From Macrostomum lignano (Eukaryota): 64,000 nt of DNA. The notes beneath the pieces were generated by a model. That model was given only the letters and a program-made list of their open reading frames with translations, made no database searches and was not told the origin of the DNA. The stretch spans positions 1-64,000 of the forward strand of contig NIVC01003144.1 of NCBI GenBank assembly GCA_002269645.1. The letters run 5' to 3'. Of the stretch, positions 23,166 to 64,000 are shown piece after piece (the stretch's first letter is position 1; each line of letters starts with the position of its first letter). The position numbers and the translations under genes are program-made.

Positions 23166-24379
23166 TCTCCCTAATCCGACCCCACTGGCTCCTCCAATCC
23201 GCTCCATCCCTTGCCCATCTGCTCCATCCCTTCAGCTCTCTTCTGCCTTCCTATCCGCCCTCTACCGCGCCCTTCTAACACTGGCACTATATAATCCCAA
23301 CCCCGTAATTTCCACCCGCACCAGCTCCCATCCGCTGAGCAGCAGCCTCTCTATAGCCCAGTACTCAGCCATCTGTAGCCTCCAGCTGTAGACCATCGTG
23401 CTGAAGTGTTGTAGTTCGAATATATTTATTGGCTTTAGCGCAATAACCTGCTCGATTGCTACATCTGTTTGAGCTTGCATTTTTATCAATTGTAACCTGG
23501 CAGTTCTATTAGCTTCCAATATTGTGCATCCAAACGGGCAGTTTGCGTCAACATATTTCAATACACATGCATATTGCACTACTATTAATTGAGCCTTTGC
23601 AAGTAGTATTTTTGATAATTGATTGAAACTTCGCAGTGACTGACAAAAAAATCCGGCCAATCACTATTAATTTGTAAAATTTATTTAAGCTGATAACGCG
23701 AACTGCTACAAAAGTACTTTTTGGGGTACGAGCTACGTGCATTTTTCTATCGTAGATTATCGTCTCAATAGTTGCACTTTATTAAAAACTACTATAAGTA
23801 GCTTGATCTTTTATCGTTACATTTTCATAAACCAGTTACAATGTAAAAATACCTACGCTCGTATATAATGCACTCAAAAGCAACAGCGAGACGATGAGAA
23901 CACAGAACAACAATGTGCGAGTATACTGGGTATGCATAAAAATTTTCAGTACATACTATTCATACACTACTACTAATTAATAAAACTGTAAGCAGTCGTA
24001 GAGAAGTGCGGCTAGGGGGGTTTTGATATGACAGACACAAATAGTCGAAACGGACTAAAAAGGAATTTGTTATTTGTTGAACAGTAGCGAGTCAGTACCA
24101 CCTCAATGAGAACATCAACTATATGGATAAGCCGCTTATAGGTTAGAATGGACGCAGATACGATCTACATGTGAGACTTATGCTGTAATATCCTAATACA
24201 AGAGGGAATGGTGAATGCCTTATTGGAATTCATTTGAAGGCCGGTTTCTTAGCGCACGCAGATATAGTCAATGTCTATCGCCTTCTGGACATCCGAATTC
24301 CGCATGGGTCTTCAAATAAATTTTCCTTTCCACTTATGGGGAGCAGTTTAGCGGAAAAAATGCTTCCTATAACGCACTA

Positions 24380-53019
<28,640 letters not shown>

Positions 53020-53914
53020 CTGTTTAGAAGTCATTGGGTAATTTTCAACTAACTTAGTGCAGTAGGGCTTTTGCTAGTCTACAGAACCTCTGCCAACTGA
53101 TACTAGAGCATTGCTCAGTTGCAATATTCCAATAAAAAGGTTGAGGCGGAAGAGAACTTGGTGGGGAGAGAGGGGAAGGCTTGGCAGAGATCTATTATCT
53201 GAGAAGGTCCCAGGCATTAATTTCTGGCTATCATGTCTTCCCTCGACCGGTCGCTTATTTTATGTATAAAAAGTCGATTTCCCGGCAACCTCCTCCACTT
53301 CCTTCTCTCTCTCTCTGTGGACCAAGTGAAGCCAAGGCCGGGCAAGACCAACCAGCAACCAGCCAGTCGCAGGGGAGTCGAGTTTGAATCGCAGACTACT
53401 GCTGGGGCTGCAGAGGCGAATGAGAATGAGGTACGGGGATAGGGGGGTGGGGGCAGAGGGTGGAGCAAGAGGAAGAAGGGGGCTTTACTTGGACAGACGA
53501 TCTGTAACTCCAGTAGCGTATAACCCGTAGTCCGCTGCGATTGGGGTGTAGAGATAGATTATACTATTGCTGGAGTAGTGCCCCGGGTACCCAGGGTGGA
53601 ATTATAGCTCCTAATGCAGTCCGACCACAAGAAGAAAAGAACATTTTTTTCGATTTTCTTTGAACACAAATACCACCCGTGGGGAATAAAGTGGTTAGAG
53701 GGGTGCGGCGCACGTGTAGGATCAAATTGAGCAGCTGGCTGTACCACACTGTCAAGCTTTTGAAGTTCCGCTTCATTGCTGATGATCCCAGTAGTTTATA
53801 AACGGATTCTGCAATCCCGATAATCGCGGATGCACAAAGCTTCTTAATGTTCAAACATCCTATAAATTCTAGGATTCTTGAATCCCGGAAAATCATTGAG
53901 CCCCCAGGATACTA

Positions 53915-56900
53915 GAATCCCACAGATCCTCAAATCCCACAGATCCTTAAATCCCACAGATCCTCAAATCCCACAAATCCTCAAATCCCACAGATCCTCA
54001 TATCCCACAGATCCTCATATCCCACAGATCCTCATATCGCACAGATCCTCAAATCCCACAGATCCTCAAATCCCACAGATCCTCAAATCCCACAGATCCT
54101 CAAATCCCACAGATCCTCAAATCCCACAGATCCTCAAATCCCACAGATCCTCAAATCCCACAGATCCTCATATCCCACAGATCCTCATATCCCACAGATC
54201 CTCATATCCCACAGATCCTTAAATACCACAGATCCTTATATCCACAGATCCTCAAATCCCACAGATCCTCATATCCCACAGATCCTCATATCCCACAGAT
54301 CCTCATATCCCACAGATCCTTAAATACCACAGATCCTTATATCCACAGATCCTCAAATCCCACAGATCCTCATATCCCACAGATCCTCAAATCCCACAGA
54401 TCCTTATATCCCACAGATCCTTATAACCCACAGATCCTTATATCCCACAGATCCTTATATCCCACAGATCCTTATATCCCACAGATCCTTATATCCCACA
54501 GATCCTCAAATCCCACAGATCCTTATATCCCACAGATCCTCAAATCCCACAGATCCTCAAATCCCACAGATCCTCAAGTCCCACAGATCCTCAAATCCCA
54601 CAGATCCTCAAATCCCACAGATCCTCAAATCCCACAGATCCTTATATCCCACAGATCCTTATATCCCACAGATCCTTATAACCCACAGATGAAAAATCCT
54701 TATATCTCACAGATTACAGATCCTTATAACCCACAGATCCTTATATCCCACAGATCCTCATATCCCACAGATCCTCAAATTCTCCACAGATCCTCAAATC
54801 CCACAGATCCTCAAATCTCACAGATCCTCAAATCCCACAGATCCTCATATCCCACAGATCCTCAAATCCCACAGATCCTCAAATTCTCCACAGATGCTCA
54901 AATCCCACAGATCCTTATATCCCACAGATCCTCATATCCCACAGATCCTCAAATTCTCCACAGATGCTCAAATCCCACAGATTCTTATATCCCACAGATC
55001 CTCATATCCCACAGATCCTCAAATTCTCCACAGATCCTCAAATCCCACAGATCCTCAAATCCCACAGGTCCTCAAATCCCACAGATCCTCATATCCCACA
55101 GATCCTCAAATCCCACAGATCCTCAAATTCTCCACAGATGCTCAAATCCCACAGATTCTTATATCCCACAGATCCTCATATCCCAAAGATCCTCAAATTC
55201 TCCAAAGATCCTCAAATCCCACAGATCCTCAAATCCCACAGATCCTCAAATCCCACAGATCCTCATATCCCACAGATCCTCAAATCCCACAGATCCTCAA
55301 ATTCTCCACAGATGCTCAAATCCCACAGATCCTCATATCCCACAGATCCTCAAATCCCACAGATCCTCAAATTCTCCACAGATCCTCAAATCCCACAGAT
55401 TCTTATATCCCACAGATCCTCATATCCCACAGATCCTCAAATTCTCCACAGATCCTCAAATCCCACAGATCCTCAAATCCCACAGATGCTCAAATCCCAC
55501 AGATCCTCATATCCCACAGATCCTCAAATCCCACAGATCCTCAAATTCTCCACAGATGCTCAAATCCCACAGATCCTTATATCCCACAGATCCTCATATC
55601 CCACAGATCCTCAAATTCTCCACAGATGCTCAAATCCCACAGATTCTTATATCCCACAGATCCTCATATCCCACAGATCCTCAAATTCTCCACAGATCCT
55701 CAAATCCCACAGATCCTCATATCCCACAGATCCTCAAATCCCACAGATCCTTAAATACCACAGATCCTTATATCCCACAGATCCTCAAATTCTCCACAGA
55801 TCCTCAAATCCCACAGATCCTCATATCCCACAGATCCTCAAATCCCACAGATCCTCAAATTCTCCACAGATCCTCAAATCCCACAGATCCTTATATCCCA
55901 CAGATCCTCATATCCCACAGATCCTCAAATCCCACAGATCCTTATATCCCACAGATCCTTATATCCCACAGATCCTTATAACCCACAGATGAAAAATCCT
56001 TATATCTCACAGATTACAGATCCTTATAACCCACAGATCCTTATATCCCACAGATCCTCATATCCCACAGATCCTCAAATTCTCCACAGATCCTCAAATC
56101 CCACAGATCCTCAAATCCCACAGATCCTCAAATCCCACAGATCCTCATATCCCACAGATCCTCAAATCCCACAGATCCTCAAATTCTCCACAGATGCTCA
56201 AATCCCACAGATCCTTATATCCCACAGATCCTCATAACCCACAGATCCTCAAATTCTCCACAGATGCTCAAATCCCACAGATTCTTATATCCCACAGATC
56301 CTCATATCCCACAGATCCTCAAATTCTCCACAGATCCTCAAATCCCACAGATCCTCAAATCCCACAGATCCTTAAATCCCACAGATCCTCATATCCCACA
56401 GATCCTCAAATCCCACAGATCCTCAAATTCTCCACAGATGCTCAAATCCCACAGATTCTTATATCCCACAGATCCTCATATCCCAAAGATCCTCAAATTC
56501 TCCACAGATCCTCAAATCCCACAGATCCTCAAATCCCACAGATCCTCAAATCCCACAGATCCTCATATCCCACAGATCCTCAAATCCCACAGATCCTCAA
56601 ATTCTCCACAGATGCTCAAATCCCACAGATCCTCATATCCCACAGATCCTCAAATCCCACAGATCCTCAAATTCTCCACAGATGCTCAAATCCCACAGAT
56701 TCTTATATCCCACAGATCCTCATATCCCACAGATCCTCAAATTCTCCACAGATCCTCAAATCCCACAGATCCTCAAATCCCACAGATCCTCAAATCCCAC
56801 AGATCCTCATATCCCACAGATCCTCAAATCCCACAGATCCTCAAATTCTCCACAGATGCTCAAATCCCACAGATCCTTATATCCCACAGATCCTCATATC

Positions 56901-57478
56901 CCACAGATCCTCAAATTCTCCACAGATGCTCAAATCCCACAGATTCTTATATCCCACAGATCCTCATATCCCACAGATCCTCAAATTCTCCACAGATCCT
57001 CAAATCCCACAGATCCTCATATCCCACAGATCCTCAAATCCCACAGATCCTTAAATACCACAGATCCTTATATCCCACAGATCCTCAAATTCTCCACAGA
57101 TCCTCAAATCCCACAGATCCTCATATCCCACAGATCCTCAAATCCCACAGATCCTCAAATTCTCCACAGATCCTCAAATCCCACAGATCCTTATATCCCA
57201 CAGATCCTCATATCCCACAGATCCTCAAATTCTCCACAGATGCTCAAATCCCACAGATTCTTATATCCCACAGATCCTCATATCCCACAGATCCTCAAAT
57301 TCTCCACAGATCCTCAAATCCCACAGATCCTCATATCCCACAGATCCTCAAATCCCACAGATCCTTAAATACCACAGATCCTTATATCCCACAGATCCTC
57401 AAATTCTCCACAGATGCTCAAATCCCACAGATCCTTATATCCCACAGATCCTCAAATTCTCCACAGATGCTCAAATCA
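53915..57478. repeat. 17-bp minisatellite (ATCCCACAGATCCTCAA) with a ~1300-bp block duplication
   Basis: Unique interruption GAAAAATCCTTATATCTCACAGATTACAGA at 54690 and 55990. Confidence 0.97.
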
Positions 57479-58284
57479 TAACGACTTTATATTCTAATCA
57501 GTTAGTCATATTTTCATTCGTGTAAAAAGCTCACATCCCTAACTCTCTTGGTCAGAACTTTTAAAATGGCTTTATTCCTCATCAGCCAGCTCAGATCGGG
57601 CGAACCAATCCATTTTAGTAGTTTGCCTGGAAGAAATGCAGATGCAAGCTGCAGAAGAACGTCAGCTGTTCCAGCAAGTCGCGCTTCTGTTGACAGAGCA
57701 GCCGCGGTGATGAAGGCAGTTTGGGGATGTCGCACCGGAGATGCTGGCCAGTTCCCAATCGAGTCTGAGCTCCCCCAGCTCCCCAGAAGCAGCAGTGGGG
57801 AGGGAAAATTAATTCAACATGACTCGAAGGCTCCGCTCGGCTGCGCCGCGCCCTCTCCCTGCTTCCCGGTGGCGGGGGCGATGCAGCGAAGATTGAGGAC
57901 TGTCAGGGGGTTCGGGAATGAAAGTGCAGCGCGGTGGCGACAACGGAATCCCAGAGAAGGGGAAAATGAGCCAAATTTTACCTGGTTCGACATTGGCTAG
58001 CTGAAGCTAGGAGGCCTGGGATCTTTCACGATGATGCAGACACAGCACACCTTGCCAGTGGAATATATTTAGATAATTAATAATATGCGCTCATCTTTCA
58101 CTGTGAAGAGCCGCTGTGTATATTTTACATGCAGAATTGTGAATAGAAATTAATATAAACAATTTTTCACTTCATACAAAGACCTGACTTGAATGGAGTT
58201 AAACAATTAAATTCTTTTAAATTTAGTTCTTTCAAGACTATTGAGACATCTAATAGATAGATAATCTGACTATAGATTATCTAT

Positions 58285-61200
58285 AGATTGAGACACATCT
58301 GACTCCAGATTGAGACACATTTGAGTGAAGATTGAGACACATTTGAGTGAAGATTGAGACACATTTGAGTGAAGATTGAGACACATCTGAGTGAAGATTG
58401 AGACACATTTGAGTGAAGATTGAGACACATCTGAGTGAAGATTGAGACACATCTGAGTGAAGATTGAGACACATTTGAGTGAAGATTGAGACACATTTGA
58501 GTGAAGATTGAGACACATTTGAGTGAAGATTGAGACACATTTGAGTGAAGATTGAGACACATTTGAGTGAAGTTGAGACACATCTGACTCCAGATTGAGA
58601 CACATTTGAGTGAAGATTGAGACACATCTGAGTGAAGATTGAGACACATCTGAGTGAAGATTGAGACACATCTGATTGAAGATTGAGACACATCTGATTG
58701 AAGATTGAGACACATCTGATTGAAGATTGAGACACATCTGAGTGAAGATTGAGACACATCTGATTGAAGATTGAGACACATCTGAGTGAAGATTGAGACA
58801 CATCTGATTGAAGATTGAGACACATCTGATTGAAGATTGAGACACATTTGAGTGAAGATTGAGACACATTTGAGTGAAGATTGAGACACATTTGAGTGAA
58901 GTTGAGACACATCTGACTCCAGATTGAGACACATTTGAGTGAAGATTGAGACACATCTGAGTGAAGATTGAGACACATCTGATTGAAGATTGAGACACAT
59001 CTGATTGAAGATTGAGACACATCTGAGTGAAGATTGAGACACATCTGAGTGAAGATTGAGACACATCTGATTGAAGATTGAGACACATCTGATTGAAGAT
59101 TGAGACACATCTGAGTGAAGATTGAGACACATCTGATTGAAGATTGAGACACATTTGAGTGAAGATTGAGACACATCTGATTGAAGATTGACACACATCT
59201 GAGTGAAGATTGAGACACATTTGAGTGAAGATTGAGACACATCTGAGTGAAGATTGAGACACATCTGATTGAAGATTGAGACACATCTGATTGAAGATTG
59301 AGACACATCTGAGTGAAGATTGAGACACATCTGAGTGAAGATTGAGACACATCTGATTGAAGATTGAGACACATCTGATTGAAGATTGAGACACATCTGA
59401 TTGAAGATTGAGACACATCTGAGTGAAGATTGAGACACATCTGATTGAAGATTAACACACATCTGAGTGAAGATTGAGACACATCTGAGTGAAGATTGAG
59501 ACACATCTGATTGAAGATTGACACACATCTGAGTGAAGATTGAGACACATCTGATTGAAGATTGAGACACATCTGAGTGAAGATTGAGACACATCTGATT
59601 GAAGATTGAGACACATCTGATTGAAGATTGAGACACATCTGAGTGAAGATTGAGACACATCTGATTGAAGATTGAGACACATTTGAGTGAAGATTGAGAC
59701 ACATCTGATTGAAGATTGACACACATCTGAGTGAAGATTGAGACACATTTGAGTGAAGATTGAGACACATCTGAGTGAAGATTGAGACACATCTGATTGA
59801 AGATTGAGACACATCTGATTGAAGATTGAGACACATCTGAGTGAAGATTGAGACACATCTGAGTGAAGATTGAGACACATCTGATTGAAGATTGAGACAC
59901 ATCTGATTGAAGATTGAGACACATCTGATTGAAGATTGAGACACATCTGAGTGAAGATTGAGACACATCTGATTGAAGATTGAGACACATCTGAGTGAAG
60001 ATTGAGACACATCTGAGTGAAGATTGAGACACATCTGATTGAAGATTGACACACATCTGAGTGAAGATTGAGACACATCTGATTGAAGATTGAGACACAT
60101 CTGAGTGAAGATTGAGACACATCTGATTGAAGATTAACACACATCTGAGTGAAGATTGAGACACATCTGATTGAAGATTGACACACATCTGAGTGAAGAT
60201 TGAGACACATTTGAGTGAAGATTGAGACACATCTGACTCTAGATTGAGACACATCTGAGTGAAGATTGAGACACATCTGAGTGAAGATTGAGACACATCT
60301 GAGTGAAGATTGAGACACATCTGAGTGAAGATTGAGACACATTTGAGTGAAGTTGAGACACATCTGACTCCAGATTGAGACACATTTGAGTGAAGATTGA
60401 GACACATCTGATTGAAGATTGACACACATCTGAGTGAAGATTGAGACACATTTGAGTGAAGATTGAGACACATCTGATTGAAGATTGACACACATCTGAG
60501 TGAAGATTGAGACACATCTGAGTGAAGATTGAGACACATTTGAGTGAAGATTGAGACACATCTGAGTGAAGATTGAGACACATCTGAGTGAAGATTGAGA
60601 CACATCTGATTGAAGATTGAGACACATCTGATTGAAGATTGAGACACATCTGAGTGAAGATTGAGACACATCTGAGTGAAGATTGAGACACATCTGATTG
60701 AAGATTGACACACATCTGATTGAAGATTGAGACACATCTGATTGAAGATTGAGACACATCTGATTGAAGATTGAGACACATTTGAGTGAAGATTGAGACA
60801 CATTTGAGTGAAGATTGAGACACATTTGAGTGAAGTTGAGACACATCTGACTCCAGATTGAGACACATTTGAGTGAAGATTGAGACACATCTGAGTGAAG
60901 ATTGAGACACATCTGATTGAAGATTGAGACACATCTGATTGAAGATTGAGACACATCTGAGTGAAGATTGAGACACATCTGAGTGAAGATTGAGACACAT
61001 CTGATTGAAGATTGAGACACATCTGATTGAAGATTGAGACACATCTGAGTGAAGATTGAGACACATCTGATTGAAGATTGAGACACATTTGAGTGAAGAT
61101 TGAGACACATCTGATTGAAGATTGAGACACATCTGAGTGAAGATTGAGACACATTTGAGTGAAGATTGAGACACATCTGAGTGAAGATTGAGACACATCT

Positions 61201-64000
61201 GATTGAAGATTGAGACACATCTGAGAGAAGATTGAGACACATCTGAGTGAAGATTGAGACACATTTGAGTGAAGATTGAGACACATCTGAGTGAAGATTG
61301 AGACACATCTGATTGAAGATTGAGACACATCTGATTGAAGATTGAGACACATCTGAGTGAAGATTGAGACACATCTGAGTGAAGATTGAGACACATCTGA
61401 TTGAAGATTGAGACACATCTGATTGAAGATTGAGACACATCTGATTGAAGATTGAGACACATCTGAGTGAAGATTGAGACGCATCTGATTGAAGATTGAG
61501 ACACATCTGAGTGAAGATTGAGACACATCTGAGTGAAGATTGAGACACATCTGATTGAAGATTGACACACATCTGAGTGAAGATTGAGACACATCTGATT
61601 GAAGATTGAGACACATCTGAGTGAAGATTGAGACACATCTGATTGAAGATTGAGACACATCTGATTGAAGATTGAGACACATCTGAGTGAAGATTGAGAC
61701 ACATCTGATTGAAGATTGAGACACATTTGAGTGAAGATTGAGACACATCTGATTGAAGATTGACACACATCTGAGTGAAGATTGAGACACATTTGAGTGA
61801 AGATTGAGACACATCTGAGTGAAGATTGAGACACATCTGATTGAAGATTGAGACACATCTGATTGAAGATTGAGACACATCTGAGTGAAGATTGAGACAC
61901 ATCTGAGTGAAGATTGAGACACATCTGATTGAAGATTGAGACACATCTGATTGAAGATTGAGACACATCTGATTGAAGATTGAGACACATCTGAGTGAAG
62001 ATTGAGACACATCTGATTGAAGATTGAGACACATCTGAGTGAAGATTGAGACACATCTGAGTGAAGATTGAGACACATCTGATTGAAGATTGACACACAT
62101 CTGAGTGAAGATTGAGACACATCTGATTGAAGATTGAGACACATCTGAGTGAAGATTGAGACACATCTGATTGAAGATTGAGACACATCTGATTGAAGAT
62201 TGAGACACATCTGAGTGAAGATTGAGACACATCTGATTGAAGATTGAGACACATTTGAGTGAAGATTGAGACACATCTGATTGAAGATTGACACACATCT
62301 GAGTGAAGATTGAGACACATTTGAGTGAAGATTGAGACACATCTGAGTGAAGATTGAGACACATCTGATTGAAGATTGAGACACATCTGATTGAAGATTG
62401 AGACACATCTGAGTGAAGATTGAGACACATCTGAGTGAAGATTGAGACACATCTGATTGAAGATTGAGACACATCTGATTGAAGATTGAGACACATCTGA
62501 TTGAAGATTGAGACACATCTGAGTGAAGATTGAGACACATCTGATTGAAGATTGAGACACATCTGAGTGAAGATTGAGACACATCTGAGTGAAGATTGAG
62601 ACACATCTGATTGAAGATTGAGACACATCTGAGTGAAGATTGAGACACATCTGATTGAAGATTGAGACACATCTGAGTGAAGATTGAGACACATCTGATT
62701 GAAGATTGAGACACATCTGAGTGAAGATTGAGACACATCTGATTGAAGATTAACACACATCTGAGTGAAGATTGAGACACATCTGATTGAAGATTGACAC
62801 ACATCTGAGTGAAGATTGAGACACATTTGAGTGAAGATTGAGACACATCTGACTCTAGATTGAGACACATCTGAGTGAAGATTGAGACACATCTGAGTGA
62901 AGATTGAGACACATCTGAGTGAAGATTGAGACACATCTGAGTGAAGATTGAGACACATTTGAGTGAAGTTGAGACACATCTGACTCCAGATTGAGACACA
63001 TTTGAGTGAAGATTGAGACACATCTGATTGAAGATTGACACACATCTGAGTGAAGATTGAGACACATTTGAGTGAAGATTGAGACACATCTGATTGAAGA
63101 TTGACACACATCTGAGTGAAGATTGAGACACATCTGAGTGAAGATTGAGACACATTTGAGTGAAGATTGAGACACATCTGAGTGAAGATTGAGACACATC
63201 TGAGTGAAGATTGAGACACATCTGATTGAAGATTGAGACACATCTGATTGAAGATTGAGACACATCTGAGTGAAGATTGAGACACATCTGATTGAAGATT
63301 GAGACACATCTGATTGAAGATTGAGACACATCTGATTGAAGATTGACACACATCTGAGTGAAGATTGAGACACATCTGATTGAAGATTGAGACACATCTG
63401 ATTGAAGATTGAGACACATCTGATTGAAGATTGACACACATCTGAGTGAAGATTGAGACACATCTGAGTGAAGATTGAGACACATCTGAGTGAAGATTGA
63501 GACACATTTGAGTGAAGATTGAGACACATCTGATTGAAGATTGACACACATCTGATTGAAGATTGAGACACATCTGATTGAAGATTGACACACATCTGAG
63601 TGAAGATTGAGACACATTTGAGTGAAGATTGAGACACATCTGAGTGAAGATTGAGACACATCTGATTGAAGATTGAGACACATCTGAGAGAAGATTGAGA
63701 CACATCTGAGTGAAGATTGAGACACATTTGAGTGAAGATTGAGACACATCTGATTGAAGATTGACACACATCTGAGTGAAGATTGAGACACATTTGAGTG
63801 AAGATTGAGACACATCTGAGTGAAGATTGAGACACATCTGATTGAAGATTGAGACACATCTGAGTGAAGATTGAGACACATCTGATTGAAGATTGAGACA
63901 CATCTGATTGAAGATTGAGACACATCTGATTGAAGATTGAGACACATCTGAGTGAAGATTGAGACACATTTGAGTGAAGATTGAGACACATTTGAGTGAA
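58285..64000. repeat. 22-bp satellite (TGAGACACATCTGA(G/T)TGAAGAT), running off the window end
   Basis: About 260 copies. Rare variants recur 2616 bp apart (CTGACTCTAG at 60233/62849). Confidence 0.98.

Noticed and set aside
23262-23660. 132-aa minus-strand ORF between the two genes
   Set aside because: No recognisable motif, weak start context, and it lies in the probable 3'UTR region; unsupported without expression data.
57514-58000. GC-rich segment with ORFs on both strands (73 and 150 aa)
   Set aside because: No family recognised. It may be PKD 5' or regulatory sequence, but coding status cannot be supported.

Overview
Eukaryotic (metazoan) genomic DNA with spliceosomal GT-AG introns. 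The style (GC-rich exons, introns inflated by minisatellites) suggests a flatworm such as Macrostomum, but the organism is an inference. Three protein-coding genes are supported. (1) The first coding exon of an NDUFS5 (complex I twin-CX9C subunit) homolog on the minus strand at 2998-3423; the rest lies left of the window. (2) A complete MMS19 gene on the plus strand at 13548-22776, with 15 exons plus a candidate 15-nt microexon. (3) A protein kinase D (PRKD) gene on the minus strand, convergent with MMS19, with C1a, C1b, PH and kinase exons at 24380-53019; its 5' end is uncertain. The ~10-kb spacer between NDUFS5 and MMS19 holds decayed and nested DNA transposons (hAT remnants, TIR elements with 3-, 8- and 9-bp target-site duplications). 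It is strongly CpG-depleted and carries 16 exact TAGGCCTA palindromes. Almost every large intron is filled by its own tandem array (units about 16-55 bp), several with kb-scale higher-order duplications. Nearly all long ORFs in the supplied track are translations of these repeats. I found no CRISPR array, rRNA or tRNA.
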